Shown in pieces: positions 46,401 through 56,543 of a stretch of DNA of 64,000 bases (its first letter is position 1; each line of letters starts with the position of its first letter). The notes beneath the pieces are model-generated. The model made no database searches, was not told the DNA's origin, and worked only from the letters and a program-made list of their open reading frames with translations. This DNA is from a virus, in IMG/VR virus record IMGVR_UViG_3300025652_000047, positions 14,948 to 78,947 of that record; one strand, given 5' to 3'. Made by a program: the position numbers and the translations under genes.

Positions 46401-46811
46401 AATGGTTGTTCTTCAACTTCACAAACAATAGTTCAAGTAACTAGTGCAGGTTCAGCAGGAACAGCAGATGTAATTGCAGATGTTTGTGAATTAACTCCAG
46501 CATGTTATACTCTACTAGATCACTTAACAGGAGAAGGTACAGGTGGAACATGGACAACAGGAGGTACTTACACAACAGCATTTATTAGTTGTGACCCAGG
46601 ATTCTTTGTATTAGGAGATACAGCAACATTTAATACAGAAGGTATGCCAGCAGGCACATATACCTTTACATATACAGTAACTACTCCAAACAACTTATAT
46701 CCTATATATGATGGGTGTATATCTTGTACAGGTAGCACAGCAACAATTTCAATAACAATAACAGCAGCAATACCAGCAGGGGGAGGAAGTTCTCAGATGG
46801 TATGTGCATAA
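43479..46811 (+). CDS. Large Cys-rich Ig-like repeat fibre protein (base subunit)
   Basis: Repeats of VC...L..L...G.W...G.Y.F.Y...C; ends AGGGSSQMVCA. Confidence 0.75.
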   Translation: MIKITKEFTLENVVGEFTYEWVLPDCITLISSVVVDTTITATFDFCDNNCLLDSNLIGLTIKSSDGCITEIESIFNNVCKDFAFTQGGIVPLEDCDGCTIAYKAPVNDINGVYNWTYDEDIFTASLLGNRIYLTYKDNIEVTVTSTPLSVVVNNEYGCTLEDTLPLPICSYESLKFDFELVCSGDRDGNFAYVTPKLTPLNSPCGLELDYRTTTILSVLNIDSSYLTLSTGADYVKVILDGISPNSTIVVELQTKDCTGFPYIYTLCLAPRPCSDVPNINNFEHTFGCEECADTTKFRPVNSSREEDCSSNLSINLEDLIEGDIDWSTFTFVPRTGQTLNGSTSLTTPHGDANLDINRNVLFTYTGGLVNTEVVEYRIEINGVETFGVLNFKGTRCGDTPVAIDLEVCVLSDSQTDYIDITANDSGDIAELIIVEYPQVQTLVNGFNVKFIPNGYIGTTVLKYRVKSSTGVESNIARVAITSINADITTTDLSVCLGDILDLNTLVDDNTGMPWSFVGFTTEVSDIPGDLDSSTFSVGDVISNPAITLSEAGIFTFQYGEIGTCNAYTTVNVEVIDDNAQVDLTVAVCNSTADSYNLNELTNLTDGTWTDLNQTNVLDVDGVTVYSTIPTGAYMFRYNKVSTGIYNTTTCNNTFILTLDMQSELEDVAPICLSYCSYGPNPELDLDCKTNPIVLNSEPTTGCEYDLYEQVGLPTGSKIQLLNAPFTPIYLHINGMDLLLTTGSFLPEGQAIWANGDAPLGTYVFRAFYGDACTKEVDFEVNIYAASCQLESDTITKCNSDNAFNIFTELTGSSSCLDNNITGLTLISENLTGTGTVDYNLTTGDFTPGAPGQWVFGFTSTVIGTDGTCSACNVDATITVIVTPIPGPGVPQPGTVCNDGTCVVDVYPDMFIANQTILGTFCFDGFATTPSGTPIAGGWGGIEPTLLPGDISGPAYTFEGALEGFYFFSNKVEDANGCSSTSQTIVQVTSAGSAGTADVIADVCELTPACYTLLDHLTGEGTGGTWTTGGTYTTAFISCDPGFFVLGDTATFNTEGMPAGTYTFTYTVTTPNNLYPIYDGCISCTGSTATISITITAAIPAGGGSSQMVCA

Positions 46812-46824
46812 AACAAATAAAAAA

Positions 46825-47592
46825 ATGGCTTGTACAATACTATTAAGCGACCAATTAAATTTACCTAGTCCAGGGGGTTATTATATATACCTGGGATATA
46901 ATGTAGAATCCCAGATTAATGCATCTATAAACACTCCAGGGGACAATGGGGATTTGTGTTTTGGAATAACAGACCCTTTAACTGACAGTACTCCTAGTTT
47001 ATATGCGGATGTAGGACCACTAAATGGATTAGACGCTAATGCTTTTATCTCTGGAACCCCTAGCCCTACAATAGATTTTACAGGAGTAACTCCAGGGTTC
47101 TACGGCTTTATGTACATAGTAGGAGATGATAGTGATAATGGAATAATAGATGGAATAGAATGTGGAGATGTAGAATGCTTTGAAATAGAAGTAATAGCAG
47201 GTCCTTCTGCAATGTCAACATGTAATGAAGGAGCAGATGATCCTTGTCTTTCTATATGTGAATCTAATTTACCTACAGATCCTGTTATAGATTTAACTTC
47301 GTTTTTTGATGTAGACCCTGCTGTTGCAGGAGCCCCTGGATTTATTGCAGGAGGAAGTTGGGAACATACTGGGGGAGCATTTGTTACTTTAAACGGCAAT
47401 GATGCTACTATTTTAGCAGGAGCACCTATAGGTACTATTGTATTTACATATACAATTCTACCTACTGAGTTAGGCGCAGTTCACCCTCCAGATGGAGATT
47501 GTGATGATTGTACTTCAATAGTAACAGTAACTATACAAATAACTGAACAACTATCAGCAGGTGAAGGAAGTTCATTAGCAGTTTGTAACTAA
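46825..47592 (+). CDS. Two-domain Cys-rich Ig-like subunit (candidate polymerising shaft subunit)
   Basis: Start MACTILL at 46825 after an A-rich initiation region; ends AGEGSSLAVCN. Confidence 0.75.
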   Translation: MACTILLSDQLNLPSPGGYYIYLGYNVESQINASINTPGDNGDLCFGITDPLTDSTPSLYADVGPLNGLDANAFISGTPSPTIDFTGVTPGFYGFMYIVGDDSDNGIIDGIECGDVECFEIEVIAGPSAMSTCNEGADDPCLSICESNLPTDPVIDLTSFFDVDPAVAGAPGFIAGGSWEHTGGAFVTLNGNDATILAGAPIGTIVFTYTILPTELGAVHPPDGDCDDCTSIVTVTIQITEQLSAGEGSSLAVCN

Positions 47593-47603
47593 AATATAAA
47601 TAG

Positions 47604-49211
47604 ATGGCGTTTTGTTTAAATACACTTTTAGATCCTGGATACATACCTAATGGCACTTGGCTACAGGTATCTAATCCAGCAGGTGCAACTATGTATACTC
47701 CAGTAGGAGCAGATGGTTGTATAGAAGATTGGAGTATAGAAAGTGATAAGTTAACAGTTACAGGAGAATCTTGTCCTGTACCTGGAACTTATACATTTAG
47801 TTATGATATACCTGGATTAGACTGTATAGACCCTGCATTTGTAGAAGTAGATATAGTAGATAGTCCAACTGAAATAGCGACCCCTGATACATTATATGTA
47901 TGTAGGGATGGTTCAGAAGTTGTAGGAGCTGATCATACTTTTATGTTAGCAAATGGATCTACTATAACTAATTACAGTATAGATGCTTTCTTTAGACAAT
48001 GTGATGGGGTATCTATTATAGATTATTCATTATCAGCAACTACAGGTGGCAGTGGTATTGCAGATTTTGAAAATTCATTTACACTAATTTGGAATAATAT
48101 AGATAATATTGTAAATTCAAACTTTGGGTTTACACATACAACTCAAAGTTGTACTACAATAAATATAAATACTTTTGGAGATTTAAATTGTGGAGACCAG
48201 CTAGATATTAAAATGATAGTAAGTCCTGATATAGAGGGTTACAATAGTACCTTAGTTACTTGTGATACAGTAAATGTATATGATAATATGCCAACTGGGT
48301 TAGTTACGTTTCTAAATAATATAACCGTTGGACCTCTATCTCCTATAGGTGGAGAAGCATTATTTAATATAGATACAGTAGGATATAATGGATGTACTTC
48401 AACAGGGCAAATAAGAATACAATCTAGTACAGACAATGGTGTAACATGGAAAAATATTTTAATTTCTGATACTGTTGATCCTTTATTAAATCCTACTATA
48501 CAATATAAAGTTATATGGATACCAGAAGGAGTACCTGCAGGATTTGATTGTGGAGGTATTTCTATTCTTACGATAGATACGGATAATTGTTGTGATGATA
48601 CTCCAGGAATAGAATGCCAAGAAGCATTAGTAGAAGAGGCAGGAACTGATTGGGAAATAACTATAAATGGAGTTAGTGAAGTTTATTATAGTCCTTCTAG
48701 TTTTGTACTTAATGATGCTCTTAATCAACAAGCATTACTAGATTATTTAAATACTATAGCATGTAATACGGTTACAATTTCAGCAAATGTAACTACGGGA
48801 ATATTACAAATATTTAACTTTAACGGTACAATAGATAGTATAACAAGTTCTTCAGGAAATATAGGAGTATTTACTTCTCCTTGTTGTACTGAAGTTACAG
48901 ATATATCTTTCTTGAGTGGTAGTTTTATTACTGATACAATACCTTGTTCAACTGCAGATATAGCACTAGTTAATACTGGGAATGAAAATCTTATTTTAGA
49001 AGCTAATCAAGATGTAACAGAATGGGAGTTAACTGGAATAGATGGAACTGTTACAGAAGTGTCAACCACGGCTACTACAATAGAAATTGAATTAGCAGAT
49101 TCAGGATCATATGACTGTGATGCTTTTACTAGGCAATATAGATTTAATGTAAAGGCTACTGCTTGTGGTGTAGACTATACCGAAGAGGTTATTATACGTC
49201 TCCAATTTTAA
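47604..49211 (+). CDS. Cys-rich Ig-like repeat protein (candidate tip subunit)
   Basis: Starts mid-repeat (MAFCLNTLLD...GTW...GTYTFSY); ends without a VC strand. Confidence 0.7.
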   Translation: MAFCLNTLLDPGYIPNGTWLQVSNPAGATMYTPVGADGCIEDWSIESDKLTVTGESCPVPGTYTFSYDIPGLDCIDPAFVEVDIVDSPTEIATPDTLYVCRDGSEVVGADHTFMLANGSTITNYSIDAFFRQCDGVSIIDYSLSATTGGSGIADFENSFTLIWNNIDNIVNSNFGFTHTTQSCTTININTFGDLNCGDQLDIKMIVSPDIEGYNSTLVTCDTVNVYDNMPTGLVTFLNNITVGPLSPIGGEALFNIDTVGYNGCTSTGQIRIQSSTDNGVTWKNILISDTVDPLLNPTIQYKVIWIPEGVPAGFDCGGISILTIDTDNCCDDTPGIECQEALVEEAGTDWEITINGVSEVYYSPSSFVLNDALNQQALLDYLNTIACNTVTISANVTTGILQIFNFNGTIDSITSSSGNIGVFTSPCCTEVTDISFLSGSFITDTIPCSTADIALVNTGNENLILEANQDVTEWELTGIDGTVTEVSTTATTIEIELADSGSYDCDAFTRQYRFNVKATACGVDYTEEVIIRLQF

Positions 49212-49228
49212 ATAAAAGTAATTTAATT

Positions 49229-50581
49229 ATGAGTAGAATATATATAAAAGCAGACAGCCCAGAAAATCCACCTATTCCTACAGGGGCAGACGGTGCTTCT
49301 GCTTATGATGTAGCAGTAAGTAATGGTTTTGTTGGGAGTGAAGCAGTTTGGTTACTTTCATTAAAAGGGGAGCCTGGAGACAATGGAATAAGTATACAAG
49401 GAGCAAGTGGTGTAGATGGTGTAGATGGTGTAGATGGTGCAGATGGTACTGGGCTAATGATATTAGGGTCAGATACTATAGCAAATATCTTATTGAAATC
49501 AGGCACTGCTGGAGATATATGGATATCTACAACGGCAGGAACTGACGACAATAGTGATCCTGTTGCAATAGGTGATGGTTTAGTATACGATGGAGTATCA
49601 TGGGTTACAATTGGAGCTATTAAAGGTGAAAAAGGAGATCAAGGTATACAGGGAGCACAGGGAGCACAAGGTGACCCAGGTATAGATGGTATAGATGGTA
49701 TAGATGGTATAGATGGTATAGATGGTATAGATGCTACCCCGTATGATGATGCTTACTCTAAAGTAGCAGAAGTTAATGTTGGTGGGATTTTAATATCAGA
49801 AACTGCAGGTCCAACTATTAAAGATGCTTTAGACCAGATATTAGGACCTCCATTAATACTTCCAACCTATACAACAAATAGTTTAACTACAGGAGGATTT
49901 GGAACTCAAACCCTAGAAGTAGGAACTTTATTTTCTGACACTTTAACAGCTTCTTATAATAAAGGAGTTATTACATCTAAAGATGGAAGTCCAAATATAG
50001 ATTTAACAGGTGCAGTTACAGCATTACGTTTTACAGGTACTGGAATAGACTTGGGGACTGGGGTAATTTCTACAGGAATTTTACTAGGTGCAGTAAATCA
50101 ATGGACTGCGGAAGTAGATTATGCAATAGGAACAGGCTCCTATTTTGATAGTCTTGGTAATGCAGCTACTAATTTAGATGCTTTTAGAGTTGCGGATACT
50201 ATAAGTAAAACAAGTAGTACAGTCACAGGGCTATATAAATATTGGATATTTAAAGGAGCATTGGGATTGTCTCCATCTACAAGTGCGCCTATTAGAGCAT
50301 TAATAGATGACGGCTTTTCTCAAAATAAAACATTTGATATTACAATTATCGCAGGAGAAAGAGAGGTCAGCATTTATTTACCACAAAGTATGAATTTAAT
50401 TGAAGTTTTATTAGTGGAATCTTCAAATGCAAACTTAACTAGTTTATTTATTTCAAGTGTAGTAACTATAAATGATGCAGGAGGAGTCCCAGAAAATTAC
50501 AATAAGTTTACTCAAGACATAGGTGGAATAGGATATGCATCAGATGTAACATATAGAATAACAATAAATAACGCAATATAA
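49229..50581 (+). CDS. Collagen-like fibre protein
   Basis: GASAYDVAV.NGFVGSE..WL.SLKG motif and Gly-X-Y tracts; ATG at 49229 preferred. Confidence 0.8.
   Translation: MSRIYIKADSPENPPIPTGADGASAYDVAVSNGFVGSEAVWLLSLKGEPGDNGISIQGASGVDGVDGVDGADGTGLMILGSDTIANILLKSGTAGDIWISTTAGTDDNSDPVAIGDGLVYDGVSWVTIGAIKGEKGDQGIQGAQGAQGDPGIDGIDGIDGIDGIDGIDATPYDDAYSKVAEVNVGGILISETAGPTIKDALDQILGPPLILPTYTTNSLTTGGFGTQTLEVGTLFSDTLTASYNKGVITSKDGSPNIDLTGAVTALRFTGTGIDLGTGVISTGILLGAVNQWTAEVDYAIGTGSYFDSLGNAATNLDAFRVADTISKTSSTVTGLYKYWIFKGALGLSPSTSAPIRALIDDGFSQNKTFDITIIAGEREVSIYLPQSMNLIEVLLVESSNANLTSLFISSVVTINDAGGVPENYNKFTQDIGGIGYASDVTYRITINNAI
49679..49732 (+). repeat. Perfect 9-bp tandem repeat (GGTATAGAT)x6 encoding (GID)6
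   Basis: Read directly; a related (GGTGTAGAT)x3 lies at 49409-49435. Confidence 0.9.
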
Positions 50582-53500
50582 TGGCAAATTTTAATTTACC
50601 TTTTGGGATAAGAGTTTCTAATGATGATCCAGTAGATGGAGATAGATATTTAAGAGCTAGTGAGGCAGAAATGTTTGCATTAGTGACAAATGGAAGGGCT
50701 AAAGAGGGGCAGCAGTGCTATAGAACGGATGAGAGTACGTTATACATATTAAAAGGAACTACTAATAATGATTGGGTTGTAGAAGTAAGTAGTTATGATG
50801 ATACGGCTATCCAAGCAGAAGTAGATCTTAATACAGCTAAAATATCATATACAGATGCCACAGATGTTGGTTTAAATACAGCCCACAGAAGTATTACTAC
50901 TGGCAACCCTCATTCTGTAACCAAGACAGAGATAGGATTAAGTAACGTACCTAATATTGACACAACAAACGCAAGTAATATAACTAGCGGTACACTACCA
51001 AGTTCTGTAATACCCCCAGTTGCTTTAACTAGTGTTCAAGTAGCCATATCTCAAGTAGCAATGTTAGCACTAACAACCGAAGAGGGTGATGTTGTTGTAA
51101 GGAGTGACGAGAATAAGTCCTATATACGCAACGATGGTATTACTGGTACTATGACAGACTTTACAGAATTACAAACCCCGACGGATAGTGTATTGAGTGT
51201 TAATGGAGAAACTGGTACTGTTGTACTAACTACGACAAATGTTGCTGAGGGTACTAATGAATATTACACAGAAGCTAAGGTATCAGCAAATACATCAGTA
51301 GCTGCAAACACAGCAAAAACTGGTATTACAGCACAGCAAGCTACGGATATCACAACTAATACAGCGAAGGTTGGAATTACAACTCAACAATCTAATGATA
51401 TAATTGCAAATAATGCAAAAGTTACTAATGTAAATACAGATTTATCATTAGGTCCAGTATCTGCTACTGCTATGGACGTAAATTCAAGTGATGGTAATAA
51501 TGTAACACTTACTGAAGCTACTCCTACTTTTGCAGGACTACTTAATGCTACAGATAAAGGTAAGCTTAATAATACTTCAGGAACTAACACAGGAGATCAA
51601 GATATAAGTGGGATAGCAACCAATGCAAGTGATATAACTACACTTCAGGGAGACTCCCATACGCACAATAATAAGACTCAATTAGATACTATTGATGCAG
51701 CAGATATTACTAACTTATCAAATTTATCTGGAATAAATACAGGAGACCAGATTATACCTACGTCAGGAGTTGACTTTGATCCAGTAGGAACAGATAACTC
51801 AGATAACAATGCGGTAAATACTTTATATAGTGGCTTGCAATCAGAGGTTGATTTAAATACTGCAAAAGTCACAAACGTAGATCATCCATTAGTTGAAACG
51901 GCAGTTCCAGTAGGTGCGGTATTTACTGATACTGATACGGTGTACGATGATACTGCAATACAATCAGAAGTTGATTTAAATACGGCAAAGGTATCTAATG
52001 TAGACCATCCGTTGGTAGAAACAGCCGTACCATCTGGTGCAGTCTTTACCGATACTATCTATGATGATTCAGCAGTTTTGAAAGATTCAGATGCATTAAG
52101 TGTTGTTACTGGGGTTAATAAATTAATGACCCAAAGTGATGTAGCTGGGTTAGGTGGTGGAGATATGTTAGCGGCTACTTATGACCCTATCATCAATGCG
52201 AATACTGCGAAGGTCACAAATGTAGACCACCCACTTGTAGAGACAGCTGTACCAGTTGGAGCATTGTTCACAGATACAGATACGGTATACGATGATACTG
52301 CAATCCAAGCAGAGGTAGATTTAAACACAGCTAAAGTAGGTATAACAACTGCTCAATCTAATGAGATAGCTGCTAATACATTAAAGGAAACTAACATTGC
52401 TCACCCACTTGTTGAAACAGCAGTGCCGATTGGAGCAGTATTTACTGATACTGTGTACGATGATACTGCTATTCAAGCTGAAGTAGATTTGAACACCGCA
52501 AAAATTAGTTTTGATAGTACATCTTCTACAAGATTAGCGAACACAAGTGGAACCAATACTGGAGACCAAACTTTACCAATCAGCGGTGTAGATTTTGATC
52601 CTGTTGGTACAGATAATTCAGACAACAATGCTGTGAACTCATTATATAGTGGCTTACAAGCAGAAGTAGATTTAAATACAGCTAAAGTATCTAACGTAGA
52701 TCACCCACTAGTAGAGACAGCAGTTCCGATAGGAGCAGTATTCACAGATACAGTATATGACTCAACTGCGGTTGACGCTCACATTGCTAATGTAACAACA
52801 AATCCACATTCAGTTGATAAAGCTGATGTAGGATTATCTAATGTTGATAACACATCTGATGCTAATAAACCAGTATCAACAGCAACACAAACAGAACTTG
52901 ATTTAAAGGCTTCTAACGTAGATTTAAACGCACATAGTGGCAATACATCAAATGTTCACCAAGTGAGCTTAGAACAAGCGAGAACGCAATCTAACGTATT
53001 GTCAGGTGACATTAACTTTAACAATAATAGTATTGATAACTTAACTGATTTAAACTTCACTGATGGTGGACCAATTAATTGGAATACTAAATATCATACT
53101 ATTGATGTACCAACTGGTGATGGTTCTATTGTAAAAGTAGGAATGGATACATTGTTTGATATTCATAATGCTACGGGTGATATATTATTAAAAGGTACAG
53201 TAGTTTATCCTAACGGAACTTCAACTCTTGGAATATCTAACGTTAGCAAAGCCATAGCTGACACACACGTAACTATTTCATCACAGTTAGGTGTTATAGC
53301 ATATGACGTATTACCTGGTGCTGATGGACACGTAATGGTGCAAGGAGTTCTTGACCCAATTGATACAAGTCTTTTATCAGAAGGTCCAGTATATTTATCT
53401 TCAACTGTTGCTGGTGAACTTACAAGTGTTAAGCCTGATTTCACAGATTATCATGTATTACTAGGAGTTGTTGATTCAAGTGCGGTATCAGGAGTAATAA

Positions 53501-56058
53501 CTATTGATATTGCATTCAACTTACAAAACACATTAACAAACTTTTGGAATGGTGTATTTAGAGAATCATTTAATTTCTTAATAACTTCTAATGGTACAAC
53601 TATTACTGGAACATTAACACCAGCAAGTGGTAACACTGATATGACAATGTTATTCAGCGATGGATTCTCATTATTAGATACTTCACCAAGTGCTACGGTT
53701 GTATTAACACCAGGTACAGATACAGTTCCTTTATTAAATTACATATACATACCAAGAGCTACAAAGGTTCTTACAGTAAGTACAGTTGGTTTCCCAGCGG
53801 AAGAACACATTAAAATTGGAACATCATTTTTACAAACAGCTGCAACAACACTTTCATTTAAAGCATTAAAGAATCATAATTTTAATGACCACGTTCAAGG
53901 TTCAGATGGACAAGGGCATTTAAGCCATATTACAGAGCGTTTAAGAACCTTCCCAGCTACTCATGAGTCAGGAACAGAAGCTTCTATAAGTGGATTGCCA
54001 ACCAACGCATATGTTACTGTAACATCGGGGGTAATTTACCAATTACATACCCAGATATTTGAAGCATCAGTGATGCCAACGGATAATATTCATATTGTAA
54101 ATCACTTTACAACTCCATATTTAAGAACAACTGATTTACTTACTCAATTAAATGATGCTAATGGAGATTCATTTAACAACACAAGTTTTTCACTTGTGGT
54201 TTGGGGAGTTGCTAATAAAAGTGGTGAAGGATCACACGTAATGTGTAACTTACCTATTGGTTCTTATTCTAAGAATACGCCTGATTTGGCAGTTGCTGAT
54301 AGCTTAGGTTATTCAGTATATACAATTCCAAAAGATTTTAGAGGAGCTGCTTTCCTTATCGCTAGATTTACATTCGTAAATAATAACGGTACTTGGTCAA
54401 TATTCGATACACAAGACCTTAGAGGTAAATTAGCGAACACAAGTGCTGGGGGAGTAGTTGGTGGTGGAGCTGGTGTTACTACCGTATTAGGTTTAACTGA
54501 TACACCTTCAACATTTATAGGTAACTCATTAGATTTAGTTAGAGTTAATGTAGGTGAAACTGCATTAGAGTTCACACCTGATAACACATTAAAAACAACA
54601 GATGCATTATCAACCGTAACTGCTATAAACAAACTAATGACACAAGATGATATTGCTGGTTTAGGTGATGGAGATATGTCGAAAGCTACTTATGATACTA
54701 ATAGTAATAACATCGTTGATAACGCTGAATTAGTTAATGGATTAACAGTTTTAACAGCAGTTCCATCAGGAGCTTTATTCACCGATACTATTTATAACGA
54801 TACAGCAATTCAAGCAGAAGTAGATTTGAACACAGCTAAGACTGGGATTACTACAACTCAAGCTTCAGATATTATAACAAACAATGCTAAAGTAGGGATA
54901 ACAACTCAGCAAGCTAGTGACATTACTACTAATAATGCTAAAATAGGAGTTACTACAGAATTAAAACCTGCTGATATAGATACTTTAGCAGAAGTAAACG
55001 CAATAATAACAGATGCAACATTAATTGACACTGGTGATTCTAGGTTGTCAGACGCTAGAACACCAACAGCGCATAATCATACTGCTTCTGAAGTAACAGA
55101 CTTTGACACAGAAGTATCTAATAATGCTTCCGTAACAGCTAATACTGCAAAAGTCTCCTTTGTTGATGCACCTAGTAATGGTAGCGAATACGTAAGAAAA
55201 GATGCAGCATGGGCAGTATCTACAGGAACTATTAATAACTATACATCTATAGCAGCACCACAATTATTTAATCCAAGTGCTGGAGAAGTAACTGCTAATA
55301 CGGGAGACTATACATTAGCTAACACTAATAGTGTAGCTTTTGTTTCTATTAATGGTCAGGTTGTAGATGACAGTGAATATTCATTAGCGGGTTCAACTCT
55401 TACAGTTACACCAGACAATGGATTTAGCAGTACTGCAGATGAATTATTGGTATTTCAACATACATTTACAGTTGCAGGAACTGATGTTCAAGCAGCAGTA
55501 GCATTAAATACAGCGAAGGTATCATTTGTTGATGCTCCTAGCGATGGGAGTGAGTATGTCAGGAAGGATGCAGCGTGGTCAGTAGCTAGTGGTGGTGGCG
55601 GTGTGACTATTTACGAGACATATGTAGATGGTTACATAGACCCTAATTTTGATTATTACATGGGAATATTGGTGTCTGGACCTGGGAATGAATATGGAAG
55701 AGCAAATACACTGGGCGCAATTTCTAGTATGTCAGACTTAGCATTTGAACTGTGTAGACCCAATTTACAGGTGTATCAAAACCAAACTTTAAATTCTATT
55801 ACTATTTACACAGGACAGAATGGCAATAATTTAACAGCGGTAGCAGTCGTAGTTGTAAAAATAAATGCAGATGGCACTTTATCAAAGAGAGTTACTTTGG
55901 CAGAAGTAGTAAGGACTTATATTGAAAATGACCAGTATACTATAACTACATTCAATGATACGGCATTACTAGATGGAGAAGCAGTTTATGTGTTCCCAAA
56001 GGTAAGTACTGGAACGAATGTGCATTTCTCAACAACAATAAACACAACATTATTATGA
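50581..56058 (+). CDS. Long tail fibre protein (1825 aa)
   Basis: Recurrent EVDLNTAK, HPLVETAVP.GA.FTDT, NPHSV.K..VGLSNV, SVNGETG and DAPS.GSEYVRKD modules. Confidence 0.8.
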   Translation: MANFNLPFGIRVSNDDPVDGDRYLRASEAEMFALVTNGRAKEGQQCYRTDESTLYILKGTTNNDWVVEVSSYDDTAIQAEVDLNTAKISYTDATDVGLNTAHRSITTGNPHSVTKTEIGLSNVPNIDTTNASNITSGTLPSSVIPPVALTSVQVAISQVAMLALTTEEGDVVVRSDENKSYIRNDGITGTMTDFTELQTPTDSVLSVNGETGTVVLTTTNVAEGTNEYYTEAKVSANTSVAANTAKTGITAQQATDITTNTAKVGITTQQSNDIIANNAKVTNVNTDLSLGPVSATAMDVNSSDGNNVTLTEATPTFAGLLNATDKGKLNNTSGTNTGDQDISGIATNASDITTLQGDSHTHNNKTQLDTIDAADITNLSNLSGINTGDQIIPTSGVDFDPVGTDNSDNNAVNTLYSGLQSEVDLNTAKVTNVDHPLVETAVPVGAVFTDTDTVYDDTAIQSEVDLNTAKVSNVDHPLVETAVPSGAVFTDTIYDDSAVLKDSDALSVVTGVNKLMTQSDVAGLGGGDMLAATYDPIINANTAKVTNVDHPLVETAVPVGALFTDTDTVYDDTAIQAEVDLNTAKVGITTAQSNEIAANTLKETNIAHPLVETAVPIGAVFTDTVYDDTAIQAEVDLNTAKISFDSTSSTRLANTSGTNTGDQTLPISGVDFDPVGTDNSDNNAVNSLYSGLQAEVDLNTAKVSNVDHPLVETAVPIGAVFTDTVYDSTAVDAHIANVTTNPHSVDKADVGLSNVDNTSDANKPVSTATQTELDLKASNVDLNAHSGNTSNVHQVSLEQARTQSNVLSGDINFNNNSIDNLTDLNFTDGGPINWNTKYHTIDVPTGDGSIVKVGMDTLFDIHNATGDILLKGTVVYPNGTSTLGISNVSKAIADTHVTISSQLGVIAYDVLPGADGHVMVQGVLDPIDTSLLSEGPVYLSSTVAGELTSVKPDFTDYHVLLGVVDSSAVSGVITIDIAFNLQNTLTNFWNGVFRESFNFLITSNGTTITGTLTPASGNTDMTMLFSDGFSLLDTSPSATVVLTPGTDTVPLLNYIYIPRATKVLTVSTVGFPAEEHIKIGTSFLQTAATTLSFKALKNHNFNDHVQGSDGQGHLSHITERLRTFPATHESGTEASISGLPTNAYVTVTSGVIYQLHTQIFEASVMPTDNIHIVNHFTTPYLRTTDLLTQLNDANGDSFNNTSFSLVVWGVANKSGEGSHVMCNLPIGSYSKNTPDLAVADSLGYSVYTIPKDFRGAAFLIARFTFVNNNGTWSIFDTQDLRGKLANTSAGGVVGGGAGVTTVLGLTDTPSTFIGNSLDLVRVNVGETALEFTPDNTLKTTDALSTVTAINKLMTQDDIAGLGDGDMSKATYDTNSNNIVDNAELVNGLTVLTAVPSGALFTDTIYNDTAIQAEVDLNTAKTGITTTQASDIITNNAKVGITTQQASDITTNNAKIGVTTELKPADIDTLAEVNAIITDATLIDTGDSRLSDARTPTAHNHTASEVTDFDTEVSNNASVTANTAKVSFVDAPSNGSEYVRKDAAWAVSTGTINNYTSIAAPQLFNPSAGEVTANTGDYTLANTNSVAFVSINGQVVDDSEYSLAGSTLTVTPDNGFSSTADELLVFQHTFTVAGTDVQAAVALNTAKVSFVDAPSDGSEYVRKDAAWSVASGGGGVTIYETYVDGYIDPNFDYYMGILVSGPGNEYGRANTLGAISSMSDLAFELCRPNLQVYQNQTLNSITIYTGQNGNNLTAVAVVVVKINADGTLSKRVTLAEVVRTYIENDQYTITTFNDTALLDGEAVYVFPKVSTGTNVHFSTTINTTLL

Positions 56059-56534
56059 TTTTGTATAAAGTAAATAAAGATGGTGATGTATGGAGTAAAA
56101 CAACAGAAGGAAATACATACGAACCTAAATCAAACGAATTTTTAGTCGATGTAGATTTTAAAAGACCTGTTTATAATGGGGAGCTAGTTGTAGAGGGGTG
56201 GACATTAGAAGATACTATCAAAGTAGAATCTCTTAGAAAACGAAACTTAATAATAACCAAGATTAAAGAAGATGAACAATCTGGGATTGCGTTATCGTTA
56301 GATATTAAAATTTCAGTTAATCAAAAAAGTGATGATGGATCTATATCTAATTCTGAGTATAAGAAATTAAAAAAAGACCTAAAAGAAACATTAGGATACT
56401 TAAAGGATGGAGATTGGGATAGCGCAAAAACTGAGGTTGATTTACTAAGTAGTAATAATGAAACTATCCAAGCAATATATACTGAATTGGAGAATAAAAT
56501 AGGCGCATATTTACTGAATACACCATTGGTATAG
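56055..56534 (+). CDS. Putative tail fibre assembly/chaperone protein
   Basis: RPVYNG..VEG and L..GDW.SA motifs; follows a fibre gene; similar to 59845..60426. Confidence 0.5.
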   Translation: MILYKVNKDGDVWSKTTEGNTYEPKSNEFLVDVDFKRPVYNGELVVEGWTLEDTIKVESLRKRNLIITKIKEDEQSGIALSLDIKISVNQKSDDGSISNSEYKKLKKDLKETLGYLKDGDWDSAKTEVDLLSSNNETIQAIYTELENKIGAYLLNTPLV

Positions 56535-56543
56535 CTAGAACAA

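Noticed and set aside
43479-49211. One giant gene broken by sequencing errors or pseudogenisation
   Set aside because: Both breaks are at the same repeat position with stop, A-rich spacer and new ATG, which random frameshifts would not produce.
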